From Clostridia bacterium (GTDB taxonomy: Bacteria > Bacillota > Clostridia > UMGS1883), in NCBI GenBank assembly GCA_051866635.1, contig JBJDXJ010000033.1:1-38446 (forward strand): 38,446 bases of DNA, given 5' to 3'. Each line of letters starts with the position of its first letter. The first letter of the stretch is position 1. The notes below the pieces were generated by a model. The model was not told the origin of the DNA and did not search any database. It was given only the letters and a program-made list of their open reading frames with translations. The position numbers were made by a program, and so were the translations under genes. Below, piece after piece: positions 9,043 through 18,196 of the stretch.

Positions 9043-9741
9043 TTACTTGCCCTGTCCGTAATAAGCGTTTGCACCGTGCTTACGGAGGAAATGCTTATCT
9101 AAGAGGTAGCTGTCAACATCACCGATTGAAGGGTTAAGAAGTTTAGTATTAAGTGCCATCATGGCAACTTCTTCCATAACTACTGCATTATGCACTGCTT
9201 CATCAGGATTTTTACCCCAAGCAAAAGGTCCGTGGCTATAACATACAACACCGGGAACATGAACAGGATTAACGCCAAGATTGGTAAATGTTTCAATGAT
9301 AACCTTACCTGTGTTAAGTTCGTATTCCCCTTCTATTTCTTCCTTTGTCAAACGACGTGTGCAAGGTATTGCACCGTAGAAATAGTCAGCATGTGTTGTA
9401 CCGAGAGGTGGAATACTCATACCTGCCTGAGCCCAGACAGTTGCCCATCTGGAATGTGTATGAACAACGCCACCCAATTCAGGGTACTGATTATAAAGTG
9501 CAATATGTGTGGGAGTATCGGATGAAGGACGCATATCACCTTCAACCTTATTTCCCTTAAGGTCAAGAACAACCATATCGGATGCTTTCATTTCATCGTA
9601 GCTTACACCGCTTGGCTTAATAACAACAAGACCCTTTTCACGGTCAATACCGCTGACATTGCCCCATGTGTATGTAACAAGATTCTTTTTGGGAAGTTCC
9701 AAATTTGCCTGTAATACGGCTTCTTTTAATGCTTCTAACAT
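9043..9741 (-). CDS. araD: L-ribulose-5-phosphate 4-epimerase
   Basis: [31 protein letters not shown] and [15 protein letters not shown]. Confidence 0.97.
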   Translation of the reverse strand: MLEALKEAVLQANLELPKKNLVTYTWGNVSGIDREKGLVVIKPSGVSYDEMKASDMVVLDLKGNKVEGDMRPSSDTPTHIALYNQYPELGGVVHTHSRWATVWAQAGMSIPPLGTTHADYFYGAIPCTRRLTKEEIEGEYELNTGKVIIETFTNLGVNPVHVPGVVCYSHGPFAWGKNPDEAVHNAVVMEEVAMMALNTKLLNPSIGDVDSYLLDKHFLRKHGANAYYGQGK

Positions 9742-9765
9742 TTATCACACATCCTTTGCACTAAA

Positions 9766-11259
9766 TTAACCAAAGGGGTTTTCATCTTTATAAGGAACGG
9801 AAGCGGGCTGATTGTATGCAACATCTTCAACGCCGAGAAGCTTCATTGCCGCAAAGAGTGCCTTACCTGCATGCTTAAATGCAATACCTGCATGGTGAGG
9901 ATAACATTTAGCAATAAGAACGTGACGGTAAAATCTGCCCATATCCTTAATCTTGAAGATACCGATGCCGCCAAAGCTCTTGCAGTCAACATTTGCAATT
10001 TCACCTTCGGCTACATAGCTGCGAAGAACGGAATCCTTTGTGGACTGGAGGCGGAAGATTGTACATTCACCTGGAACAAGATTACCTTCAAGTGTACCGC
10101 GTGTAATATCGGGTTCTGTATCGGGTTCAAGGTCTCTCTTCATAATTCTCTGATAGCTCATGGAAGCACATGTGAGACATTCTTTAGCTGTGTTACCGCA
10201 GTGGAAGCCCATGAATGTATCTGTAAGCTTATATCCTGCAAAAGCATCGGGATTAGCTTCAAACATATCCTTCGGAACAGAGTTGTTAATATCAAGAAGA
10301 GTAGCTGTTTTCTGTGTAGCACAAGTAATTATGTATTCGGAAACTGCACCGTAAATATCTGTTTCGCAAGCTACGGGAATACCACGGGATGCAAGGCGGC
10401 CGTTTACATAGCAAGGTACAAAACCAAACTGTGTCTGGAATGCGGGCCAGCACTTGTTTGCAAATACAAAATAACGGCTTGCACCCTTATTTTCTTCAGC
10501 CCAGTCAAGAAGAGTGATTTCATACTGTGCAAGACGAGGAAGAATACCTGCATAAGGATTCTTATTACCAAGCTCTGCCGCCATTTCTTCAACAAGAGCA
10601 GGAATTCTGGGGTCGTCCTTATGTGCATGGTATGCCGCATAAAGGTCAAGTTCACTGTTTTCCTGAATTTCAACACCAAGGTCCTTATAAAGAGGAGAAA
10701 TCGGTGCATTACAAGCCATAAAGTCGTAAGGACGGGGACCGAAAGAGAAAACTTTAAGACCGTGAAGACCAATAATAACCCTTGCAATATCTTCAAAGTC
10801 AGCAATCATCTTTGCGATTTCATCAGCCGTACCAACGGGGTATTCAGGGATGTAAGCCTTTACACCACGAAGGTTAAGGTTGTAGGATGCATTAAGCATA
10901 CCGCAGTATGCATCGCCTCTGCCGTCAAAAAGGTCGCTCTGGCTTTCTTCAGCGGCAGCCACAACCATAACGGGGCCGTCAAACTTCTGAGCAAGCATAG
11001 TTTCGGGAATTTCGGGACCGAAGTTACCAAGGTAGAGAACAAGTGCATTAGCACCTACACCCTTAAGTTCTTCGAGAGCATTCATTGCATCAATTTCATT
11101 TTCAATAATCGTATCAGCAACATATACGTTTTCAAGACCTAACTTTGCACATTCTGCCTTAACAACCTCTTTACGCTTTGAGCTAAGGCTGATGGGGAAA
11201 CAGTTACGGCTTACTGATACAACGCCTGTTTTAACCTTAGGAATATTGTTCATCTTCAT
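9766..11259 (-). CDS. L-fucose/L-arabinose isomerase family protein (clostridial type)
   Basis: YLGNFGPE, RGDAYCGMLN, CWPAFQ, VACETDIYGA, FHCGNT and PHH motifs. Adjacent to araD. Confidence 0.85.
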   Translation of the reverse strand: MKMNNIPKVKTGVVSVSRNCFPISLSSKRKEVVKAECAKLGLENVYVADTIIENEIDAMNALEELKGVGANALVLYLGNFGPEIPETMLAQKFDGPVMVVAAAEESQSDLFDGRGDAYCGMLNASYNLNLRGVKAYIPEYPVGTADEIAKMIADFEDIARVIIGLHGLKVFSFGPRPYDFMACNAPISPLYKDLGVEIQENSELDLYAAYHAHKDDPRIPALVEEMAAELGNKNPYAGILPRLAQYEITLLDWAEENKGASRYFVFANKCWPAFQTQFGFVPCYVNGRLASRGIPVACETDIYGAVSEYIITCATQKTATLLDINNSVPKDMFEANPDAFAGYKLTDTFMGFHCGNTAKECLTCASMSYQRIMKRDLEPDTEPDITRGTLEGNLVPGECTIFRLQSTKDSVLRSYVAEGEIANVDCKSFGGIGIFKIKDMGRFYRHVLIAKCYPHHAGIAFKHAGKALFAAMKLLGVEDVAYNQPASVPYKDENPFG

Positions 11260-11284
11260 TATCTCCTTTGTATATAAAATTATA

Positions 11285-11668
11285 TTATTCTGCTACTTCT
11301 GCAGGGGCACTTGTCTTCTCCAATTCAATACCGTCAACATATACGTTAACAGATTTTACGTTAAGACTTGCCATCGTTTCAACTGCATTTTTAACCTGCT
11401 CCTGAATAGAAGCGGACACTTCACGGATTTTTGCACCAAACTTCACGGTGATATGAAGTTCTATCATGATTCCGTCTTCTAAGAACTCAACCTTTACACC
11501 CTTGCCCTGAGACTTTTTAGTAATCAAGTCACCAATACCGCCTAAAAGTGAGCCGCCCATTGATGCGATACCATCAACTTCTTTTGCGGCAAGAGCGGCA
11601 ATAGTGGAAATTACTTCCTCAGAAATTCTGATGTTGCCACCTTCGGTGGAGATATAATTTTCACCCAT
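11285..11668 (-). CDS. Asp23/Gls24 family envelope stress protein (YqhY-like)
   Basis: GNIRISEEVISTIA, KGVKV and VKNAVETMASLNVKSVNVYVDGI. Usual position after spoIIIAH. ATG 11668 follows RBS GGAGG. Confidence 0.92.
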   Translation of the reverse strand: MGENYISTEGGNIRISEEVISTIAALAAKEVDGIASMGGSLLGGIGDLITKKSQGKGVKVEFLEDGIMIELHITVKFGAKIREVSASIQEQVKNAVETMASLNVKSVNVYVDGIELEKTSAPAEVAE

Positions 11669-11728
11669 GATTTTTCCTCCGTTAATTAAATTTGCGATTT
11701 TATTAAACCGCATATTGTTTCTTTCTAT

Positions 11729-11757
11729 AGTATATCAATTTTATCATAAATAATCAA
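11729..11757 (-). promoter_or_regulatory. Putative sigma-A promoter for the asp23-isomerase-araD unit
   Basis: Minus strand TTGATT-N17-TATACT, with an extended -10 (TGaTATACT). Confidence 0.7.
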
Positions 11758-11762
11758 GTGTT

Positions 11763-12272
11763 TTATTCAATTTCCACCACTTTGATTTTTTCAGCGGGAA
11801 TTGAGCTTTGTTCTGTTACTATTTCCGTAATTATTGCCACCTGTGCTTCGTCCAGGCTTTGGCATTTCACTACAACATTTGCCTGAGAGTTGTTTATATA
11901 ACAAACAGCGTCTTCAAACCCTCTTGCTTTTATTAAATTTTCGATAGCAGTTTCTGTTTCTGTGTTATCTGCCAACTGCATTATACCATTTTGTGCCTCT
12001 GTTTTAAGTGCCGTGTCGCTGTTTTCGTTATTAATCACCGAATTAAAGGTTTCTATGGACTTACTTCTTCCAATTTCTCGTTCCAATCTTGCCGATGCGA
12101 AAAAATCCTCGTTTTCTTCTACTTTACCATCTTCCATATTCCCCACAAGCTGTGCCTGACCCATATATTCCTCCGAGGTAGTGGTATCGGAAGAAGTAAA
12201 ATTCAAATATCCCGCAACACAAATGAGCATCGCAAGCATGATAAGAGAAAGTTGTTTCCTTTTGAAAATCAT
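11763..12272 (-). CDS. spoIIIAH: Stage III sporulation protein AH
   Basis: N-terminal TM ending AGYLN, FFASARLERE and IENLIKARGFEDAV. Last gene of the spoIIIA operon. Confidence 0.92.
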   Translation of the reverse strand: MIFKRKQLSLIMLAMLICVAGYLNFTSSDTTTSEEYMGQAQLVGNMEDGKVEENEDFFASARLEREIGRSKSIETFNSVINNENSDTALKTEAQNGIMQLADNTETETAIENLIKARGFEDAVCYINNSQANVVVKCQSLDEAQVAIITEIVTEQSSIPAEKIKVVEIE

Positions 12273-12757
12273 CAATTTATCGTCCTTTCAAACACTTTTA
12301 TTTTATGGGCGTCTACATTCAAAAGCGCCATTACAGCTTCCGTAAGACTTTCCTTTACTTTTACATTTGCGCCTCCTTCGGCAACAATAATAATTCCTTG
12401 TATTTCAGGATATGCTTCACTTACTATTTGTGTTTCTTGACCACCGCCCTTTTGGCTTAATATGACAGTCTGTTCTCCGCTGTTACCACTATCTTTTGCT
12501 AAGGTTACCCTGCCGTAATTTTTTGCAGTTATCATAACATCTGTTTTTCCTACATTTGTGATTTTAGGAAGTATATCTTCCAGCTTTTCTTCCAGTTCTC
12601 TGCAATAATCCACGGGCAAATCCTCTGTGAGAACCTCTTTATTTTCCTTTGTTCCCATTGATGAAAATAAAAGCAGTAATATACCTATTGCTCCCAATAT
12701 ATATATGTTTTTTTTACTTGAAATATCACTTTTAATCTCTTTTAAATTAAATTTCAT
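12272..12757 (-). CDS. spoIIIAG: Stage III sporulation protein AG
   Basis: TM segment, LEEKLEDILPKITNVGKTDVMIT, PEIQGIIIVAEGG and HKIKV. Confidence 0.9.
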   Translation of the reverse strand: MKFNLKEIKSDISSKKNIYILGAIGILLLLFSSMGTKENKEVLTEDLPVDYCRELEEKLEDILPKITNVGKTDVMITAKNYGRVTLAKDSGNSGEQTVILSQKGGGQETQIVSEAYPEIQGIIIVAEGGANVKVKESLTEAVMALLNVDAHKIKVFERTIN

Positions 12758-12758
12758 G

Positions 12759-13178
12759 CTATCCCTCAATGACTTTTATATTTTCACACCCAAGTTCCTC
12801 TTTTAACCTAGAAATATACTTTTCTTTATCATTTCCGCTTATTGTTACGGATTTAATAAGCCCATCACTGTACAGGTCAATAAAAACATCAGTGTCACTG
12901 CCGCAAATTTCTTTAACTTTGTTTTCAATATTATTTTTGTGAAGCTCCAATATATAAGCATCGCTTTGTGCATACAGTTCCTCCTCTGGCATATCAAAAA
13001 ATTCATAATCACTAAAATTTAAACTTATGTCACTATTTATGGGACTTATAAGCACGCTCATCATAATAAATCCCAAAACAAGCTTAATATATTTTTCCAT
13101 ACCGCTTTTAGGCAAAACAAGGTCACAAATCACACTTAAAAATGAAACACTGATAACAGATTTTAAAAAGCCGCTCAT
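12759..13178 (-). CDS. spoIIIAF: Stage III sporulation protein AF
   Basis: DLVLPKSGMEKYIKLVLGFIMMSVLISPI, plus operon position. Confidence 0.85.
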   Translation of the reverse strand: MSGFLKSVISVSFLSVICDLVLPKSGMEKYIKLVLGFIMMSVLISPINSDISLNFSDYEFFDMPEEELYAQSDAYILELHKNNIENKVKEICGSDTDVFIDLYSDGLIKSVTISGNDKEKYISRLKEELGCENIKVIEG

Positions 13179-14221
13179 CCTTTAATCCCCACAATTATGC
13201 CTATAGAAATAATCATCATTACCGCTGTTGATATAACTGCCGCATTTATCATGCTTAAACTGTCACCTACACTTGTAAGTGCATTGACTGTGCGTTTGTC
13301 TGCCACCGGCTCTGTTATGGCAACAGCAATTCTTATCATTAAGACTACCACTCCTGTTTTCACAATCGGAATTATACATACTGCTGCCATACATATAATG
13401 CCTGTTACTCCTACCGCATTTTTTAATACTATCGATGCTGTAACCACCGCCCCCATTGCATCGGAGATAGAACTTCCCACAAAAGGCACCATGCTTGAAA
13501 GTGCAAATCTTGCACCTTTTGCCCCAACAGAATCCAACGCTACCGTAACGAAACTGCTTATACTTAAAAGCCCTGTAAATACAGTCATAACAATACCCAA
13601 TATAAAATTATATATTTTCCTTATAAGCTCACGGAATTTTCCAAGCGTAACCGAATAAGAAAGCTCATCTGATAAGGATACGGCAAGATATGCCGTTGAC
13701 AAAGGTATAAGGACATTTCTAAATAAATTAGCGAATATATTGCACATAAAATATAAAACAGGCTGCACTACCGTTCCCGTAAAGGTCAGTCCCGACCCTG
13801 CAAAAAGTGTCATCATCACAGGCAGTAGCGATGCCATAATATTTCCCATATCAGTTGCAACTAAGGTTGCATATGTACACACCTCTCTGAAAATTCCCAC
13901 GGCAAGTCCAATTACGATAGAAATGCCGGCTAATGCAGATATATTGTTGCTTTTTCCGAATGATGACCACAAATTTTCAAGTATGGCACCAATTAAAATA
14001 ATGGCTATAATTACAAGAAGTATTCTTCCGGCAGAATATACTTCCTCGGCAAATATCTTAAGCAAAGTTTCAAATATTTTATCTGCTTTGAATATGTTTT
14101 TTGAGGTGGTTATATCATGAATCAACTTTTCAAAACTGAAAGAAGGTATTATTCTTTCAATGTTTTCTGCCCCTGTATTGCTCACACACGACAAGTCAGG
14201 TAATGTTACGTAAGATTCCAT
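13175..14221 (-). CDS. spoIIIAE: Stage III sporulation protein AE
   Basis: Polytopic membrane protein with VPFVGSSISDA and VLKNAVGVTG motifs, plus operon position. Confidence 0.9.
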   Translation of the reverse strand: MESYVTLPDLSCVSNTGAENIERIIPSFSFEKLIHDITTSKNIFKADKIFETLLKIFAEEVYSAGRILLVIIAIILIGAILENLWSSFGKSNNISALAGISIVIGLAVGIFREVCTYATLVATDMGNIMASLLPVMMTLFAGSGLTFTGTVVQPVLYFMCNIFANLFRNVLIPLSTAYLAVSLSDELSYSVTLGKFRELIRKIYNFILGIVMTVFTGLLSISSFVTVALDSVGAKGARFALSSMVPFVGSSISDAMGAVVTASIVLKNAVGVTGIICMAAVCIIPIVKTGVVVLMIRIAVAITEPVADKRTVNALTSVGDSLSMINAAVISTAVMMIISIGIIVGIKG

Positions 14222-14222
14222 T

Positions 14223-14612
14223 TTAACTCTCCAACAAGCTCATTATTAATCTGAACACGTTTTCCACAATAGGAAGTGCTATAAATAAGACTGCTGTTTT
14301 TCCTACAGTCTGTACATGGTTTGATAATGCCTTTTCCCCTGCATCAATGCAAATGTCAGCCGTCAGTTCTGTAAGATATGATATACCTATTATTTTTAAA
14401 ACAGGTGTGATGTAATCTGGTGATATATCCCCAAGGGATGATAAATGCTGAATTTCAGACACAATAACAACCATTCTCGGTATAACACCCGACAGAATAA
14501 AAACTATCCCCGCTAAAGTAACGCAAAGGGCATATTCAGGTTTTATCTGTTTCAGGTATAAAGAAAAGAACGCTGTGACAATCGCACATATAAAATAAAT
14601 GGAAACATTCAT
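14223..14612 (-). CDS. spoIIIAD: Stage III sporulation protein AD
   Basis: KPEYA, LKIIGISYLTELTADICIDAGE and ALPI. Confidence 0.92.
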   Translation of the reverse strand: MNVSIYFICAIVTAFFSLYLKQIKPEYALCVTLAGIVFILSGVIPRMVVIVSEIQHLSSLGDISPDYITPVLKIIGISYLTELTADICIDAGEKALSNHVQTVGKTAVLFIALPIVENVFRLIMSLLES

Positions 14613-14803
14613 AATCCAAACACTGCTTTAACTGTAGAAAATAATTCACCTATTTTTTCAACGATTATAATAAGTACCACCAGTAAACCTGCCAAAGTTG
14701 TCATCAATGCTTGTTCCTCTCTGCCTGAACGCACCAAAAGCTGATTTAATACAGCCACAATAATGCCTATGCCCGCTATTTGGAAAATCAAATCCACATT
14801 CAT
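14609..14803 (-). CDS. spoIIIAC: Stage III sporulation protein AC
   Basis: MNVDLIFQIAGIGIIVAVLNQLLVRSGREEQALMTTLAG. Confidence 0.96.
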   Translation of the reverse strand: MNVDLIFQIAGIGIIVAVLNQLLVRSGREEQALMTTLAGLLVVLIIIVEKIGELFSTVKAVFGL

Positions 14804-14821
14804 AATTTCAAGCCTTTCATT

Positions 14822-15304
14822 CTACAGTAAAATAATAATAAATCCCAATCCCATCAAAACACCGCCGTAGCTGTACAGTTTTCCTTTATTTAAAAATTCA
14901 GTTTCGGAGTCTTTGATGTTTTCATTTAATGAAGCTATTAAAAAATCTATATTTACAATTTGACTTTTTAAATCTTCACACATAATATTTTCAGCATATC
15001 TATTCATAACTTCAATATCCGCGGAGGTTAAATATTCTGTTTCATCGGCAGTTTTTTGTACAGACTCTTTTGGTGAAAGCCCACTGCTTTGCATATGCTT
15101 ATAAACCTTTGAAAAAAACTTTCCTCTGCCACGAAAACAATCCTCCAGTGGTGCACAGCGGTATTGCAGTTCATTTTTTATATGTACGGCACCATCTCTT
15201 ATTTCCTTTAAAACATTCACCCTGTTCTTGAGATTTTGACTCATAGTCATTCCCATCAACACAGATGAAATGAGTACTGCTACGGAACCTAAAATTTTAA
15301 TCAT
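14822..15304 (-). CDS. spoIIIAB: Stage III sporulation protein AB
   Basis: MIKILG N-terminal TM and C-terminal KLYSYGGVLMGLGFIIILL, plus operon position. Confidence 0.88.
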   Translation of the reverse strand: MIKILGSVAVLISSVLMGMTMSQNLKNRVNVLKEIRDGAVHIKNELQYRCAPLEDCFRGRGKFFSKVYKHMQSSGLSPKESVQKTADETEYLTSADIEVMNRYAENIMCEDLKSQIVNIDFLIASLNENIKDSETEFLNKGKLYSYGGVLMGLGFIIILL

Positions 15305-15306
15305 TA

Positions 15307-16149
15307 TTATCCTCCTGTCGTCAGAATTTTTTCAACAGTTCCTGCCCCTTTTCTTTGAGATATAACAACAATCCTTTCAAAAACATTATCTGTTATAAGG
15401 TTTTTTATTATTTTACGCCTTTGTATATCCCTCTCGTCATATCCGTGGGCACTGCAAATTATTTTTACCCCTGCATTTATAATACCCTCTATGCTCCTGG
15501 CATCATCTTCCGTGCCGATTTCGTCGGTAAATATAACCTGAGGCGACATACTCCGAAGCATCATGTTCATTGAATCGTGTTTATTTCCGCCGGAAATTAC
15601 AAAAGTATATCTTCCCATGTCAAAACCCGGGGTAATTTCCATTCTGTCATCTGCAATACCTGTCCTGAATTTGTTTCCGCAGTAGATGGCAATATCACGA
15701 AGCACAGTCGTCTTTCCCGATGATGGCGGTCCTACAATAATTGTGTTGTATATTCTCTCACCTTCAATAATAAATGGTATAATACCCTTTGCCGCACCGT
15801 ATACATTCCTGGGAATTCTGATATTTAAGGCATTTATATTTCTCATGTGGGTAATTACATCGTTTTCATCTTTTACCGCCTCTCCCGTCACGCCGACTCT
15901 TACACCATTTTTTAACGAAAGATATCCTCTTTTTAAGGTGGACTGATTTGCGTATAAACTGCCTCGGCACATATTTTCTACAATGTTTTTCAGCATATTA
16001 CTGTCAACAAAGAACGGAGACTCTATTATTTTTCCGTTTTCCGATATAAACATGTTTTTGTTGGCAATTAAAGTTATGTCTCCTGCTTTTTTTGCGTTTT
16101 CGCTTAACCACTCATGCAAGCTGTCAGGAAGATATTTTTCAAAATTCAT
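15307..16149 (-). CDS. spoIIIAA: Stage III sporulation protein AA (ATPase)
   Basis: GVRVGVTG, LNIRI, Walker A GPPSSGKTT, RSMSPQVIFTDEIG and SAHG. Likely start is ATG 16149, after RBS GGAGG. Confidence 0.93.
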   Translation of the reverse strand: MNFEKYLPDSLHEWLSENAKKAGDITLIANKNMFISENGKIIESPFFVDSNMLKNIVENMCRGSLYANQSTLKRGYLSLKNGVRVGVTGEAVKDENDVITHMRNINALNIRIPRNVYGAAKGIIPFIIEGERIYNTIIVGPPSSGKTTVLRDIAIYCGNKFRTGIADDRMEITPGFDMGRYTFVISGGNKHDSMNMMLRSMSPQVIFTDEIGTEDDARSIEGIINAGVKIICSAHGYDERDIQRRKIIKNLITDNVFERIVVISQRKGAGTVEKILTTGG

Positions 16150-16171
16150 ATGTTTTCCTCCAATAGTTACT

Positions 16172-16207
16172 GATATATGTATATTGGACAAATTGTTTTT
16201 TATGCAA
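16172..16207 (-). promoter_or_regulatory. Possible SigE-type promoter of the spoIIIA operon
   Basis: Minus strand GCATAAA...AATATACAT / CATATAT, resembling the SigE -35 (tcATAtt) and -10 (CATAcaaT) elements. spoIIIA is SigE-dependent in Bacillus and Clostridium. Confidence 0.35.
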
Positions 16208-16237
16208 AAAAAGGTTCTATATGGTTATAGAACCTTT
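16206..16237 (-). terminator. Intrinsic terminator insulating spoIIIA from upstream read-through
   Basis: Stem AAAGGTTCTATA / TATAGAACCTTT with a 4-nt loop, followed by a T run on the minus strand. Confidence 0.6.
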
Positions 16238-16357
16238 GAAAGATTTAGAAACCGAATTTTACATATTTTTTTATTACAAAAAGGTGGTAGCGTAACTGCT
16301 ACCACCTATGAAAAAAGTCTTTTTTATGGATTTGACCACAACTATTGACAAAGAGCC
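16210..16357 (+). mobile_element. ISL3-family insertion sequence remnant (transposase 3' end and right terminal inverted repeat)
   Basis: Plus strand 16220-16270 encodes YGYRTFERFRNRILHIF, the typical ISL3 transposase C-terminal motif. The segment ends in ...ACCACAACTATTGACAAAGAGCC (reverse complement GGCTCTTTGTCAA), which matches ISL3/IS1167-type terminal IRs. Confidence 0.8.
16278..16307 (-). terminator. Hairpin within the ISL3 remnant, terminator-like on the minus strand
   Basis: 10-bp stem AGGTGGTAGC / GCTACCACCT, followed by TTTT on the minus strand. Confidence 0.55.
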
Positions 16358-16477
16358 CGTTTTTTGAGGCAATATTGCCGAATACCCTCTAGAGCACAAA
16401 GACTTATGATAGCCACGCTGTCAGAAGTATCTTTGCGTTTACCTTTGCAGAAAGTAACAAAGGCAAGATTAGCTTTA

Positions 16478-18193
16478 TCAGAATTTCTGTGCTTCTGAGT
16501 AAGCCTTTCGGAATAATTCGGAAATTTTTTGAACAGCTTCGTCTTCAGTTACAATGATTACATCTGGATACATTATTCGTCCCCAACTTTCCTTTTCGGG
16601 AGTCCGGTCTAAATTGAGAGGATTATCGCTGAAATATTCCAAAAATTTCTGTTCACATTTTGGTGATTTATTATACATAATGATATATACACCTATACTG
16701 TTCTTATCTTTTCGTGATAAGTAATATTCAAGTTGGAAATCAAGATTTTCTTTTGTTTTCAACACAGTATAACTGCTTACATCGGATATTTTTACACCCT
16801 CACGGGCTTTTCTCGGCAACCATACTTTCATTTGACACAAATCAGAAAGATAAGAATTAACCTGTTCCACAATACGCTTGTTCGAGTGTCTTAACGACAT
16901 CTCATCATTATCAGAGGTTTCATCATTGTCATTGACGGATACGATAGATGAACACACAAGAACGCTTTGTAAATTGTTTAATTCTGTTTCAGATATTGCC
17001 ATATCATCATCTGATTGCAAAGCCTTATAGAAATATCCGATAAATTTCTTTAGCTTTGCATAATATTTCGCATTCTCAATAATCTCACGCTCTTCAGCAA
17101 AAATCTCTTGAAGGAAACTGTCAAGAGTTTCATCGTTTGCGAGATTTTCAATAAGCTCTGCTTCAATCGGTGCTGTAGAAAGATATTGATACATCTTCTC
17201 ATGTCCCATCTGCATACAAATAACCGCAAATAAATTCTTGTGCAGAGCCGCTTCATTAATGCTTGTCACGCTTGATTTTGTTATAATATTCAAGAGTTGA
17301 TATGTATTAAAAAGTCGTTTTACGCTACGGGGATTAAGACCTATTGATGTACGGATTAAATTCACATACAAATCAACCTCGTTAGCAGTAGTGGAAACAT
17401 TCATGTTCTTCAGCATATCGCTGACATAGTTCTTTATATCATACTGTGCCACAGGCACTTTAAATGGGAGCTGAATAATCTTATCGAAGAAACTCTTGCC
17501 TTTTTCTTCGGAAATATCAAGGCCATACTTGTTTCTGATACCTCTTGTTACAACATCATAATCAACAGCTATTACAAATACGCAGTTTTCACAATCAAGA
17601 AACAACTTCAGCACTTCAAGAAGTTCAACTGCTTTTTCGGGTTGTAGGCGATCTAAATCATCAACAAATACAACAACTCGTTCCTTTTTTGTTTCTGAAA
17701 TTTTCTTGTTTACAGCCTCTTGGAATTTATCTTTTAACTGTAATATCTCGTTTGCATAATTAGACGAATTGTCGAAAGTTATCATTTCATCAACTATATC
17801 TGCCGCAGCACCGCCCGCTACATTGTCCGTTGCCACCTTTACAGCTTTTCTTACAAATCCACCTATTCCGCTCATCACCTTGTTTATAACGGATTGCTCA
17901 CAACCCAGTTTGTTGAGTAGCACTTCCATCATAGAGAGTATCAGACTATTTCCCATATCAAACTGGGAGAACTGCCAAGTGTTAAACCATATCGCGAATA
18001 CGGAATTATTGATATTCTCCTTAATCATATTCATCATACTTGTTTTTCCACTGCCCCAATCGCCTTGAATGGATACTGTCATAGGGGTATCACATTGAGT
18101 AATAAAGGTGCTTAATCCACTTATGTATGTTTCTATGTGAAAAAGGTCTTGCTTTATGCTGTTTGTAGGTACGTCTGTTCTTCCAAGGTTCAT
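16478..18193 (-). CDS. KAP-family P-loop NTPase with an extra C-terminal domain
   Basis: Walker A SIQGDWGSGKTS, WFNTWQF, Walker B VVVFVDDLDRL, FFDKIIQLPFKVP and NPRSVKRLFN are all KAP NTPase (PF07693) hallmarks. No obvious TM helices. Confidence 0.92.
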   Translation of the reverse strand: MNLGRTDVPTNSIKQDLFHIETYISGLSTFITQCDTPMTVSIQGDWGSGKTSMMNMIKENINNSVFAIWFNTWQFSQFDMGNSLILSMMEVLLNKLGCEQSVINKVMSGIGGFVRKAVKVATDNVAGGAAADIVDEMITFDNSSNYANEILQLKDKFQEAVNKKISETKKERVVVFVDDLDRLQPEKAVELLEVLKLFLDCENCVFVIAVDYDVVTRGIRNKYGLDISEEKGKSFFDKIIQLPFKVPVAQYDIKNYVSDMLKNMNVSTTANEVDLYVNLIRTSIGLNPRSVKRLFNTYQLLNIITKSSVTSINEAALHKNLFAVICMQMGHEKMYQYLSTAPIEAELIENLANDETLDSFLQEIFAEEREIIENAKYYAKLKKFIGYFYKALQSDDDMAISETELNNLQSVLVCSSIVSVNDNDETSDNDEMSLRHSNKRIVEQVNSYLSDLCQMKVWLPRKAREGVKISDVSSYTVLKTKENLDFQLEYYLSRKDKNSIGVYIIMYNKSPKCEQKFLEYFSDNPLNLDRTPEKESWGRIMYPDVIIVTEDEAVQKISELFRKAYSEAQKF

Positions 18194-18196
18194 ATT

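Noticed and set aside
9871-11142. 423-aa plus-strand ORF
   Set aside because: It is the antisense shadow of the isomerase gene, with no recognisable motifs or RBS. The same applies to the other plus-strand ORFs overlapping alaS, spoIIIAE, ilvA and the glycan genes.
15983-16348. 121-aa plus-strand ORF as an intact gene
   Set aside because: It is a chimera of spoIIIAA antisense sequence and the ISL3 transposase tail. Only 16220-16270 is meaningful.
16213-16357. Complete ISL3-derived MITE with left end GGTTCTAT
   Set aside because: The left candidate matches the right IR only weakly, there is no 8-bp target duplication, and it abuts transposase coding sequence directly. A truncated IS fits better.
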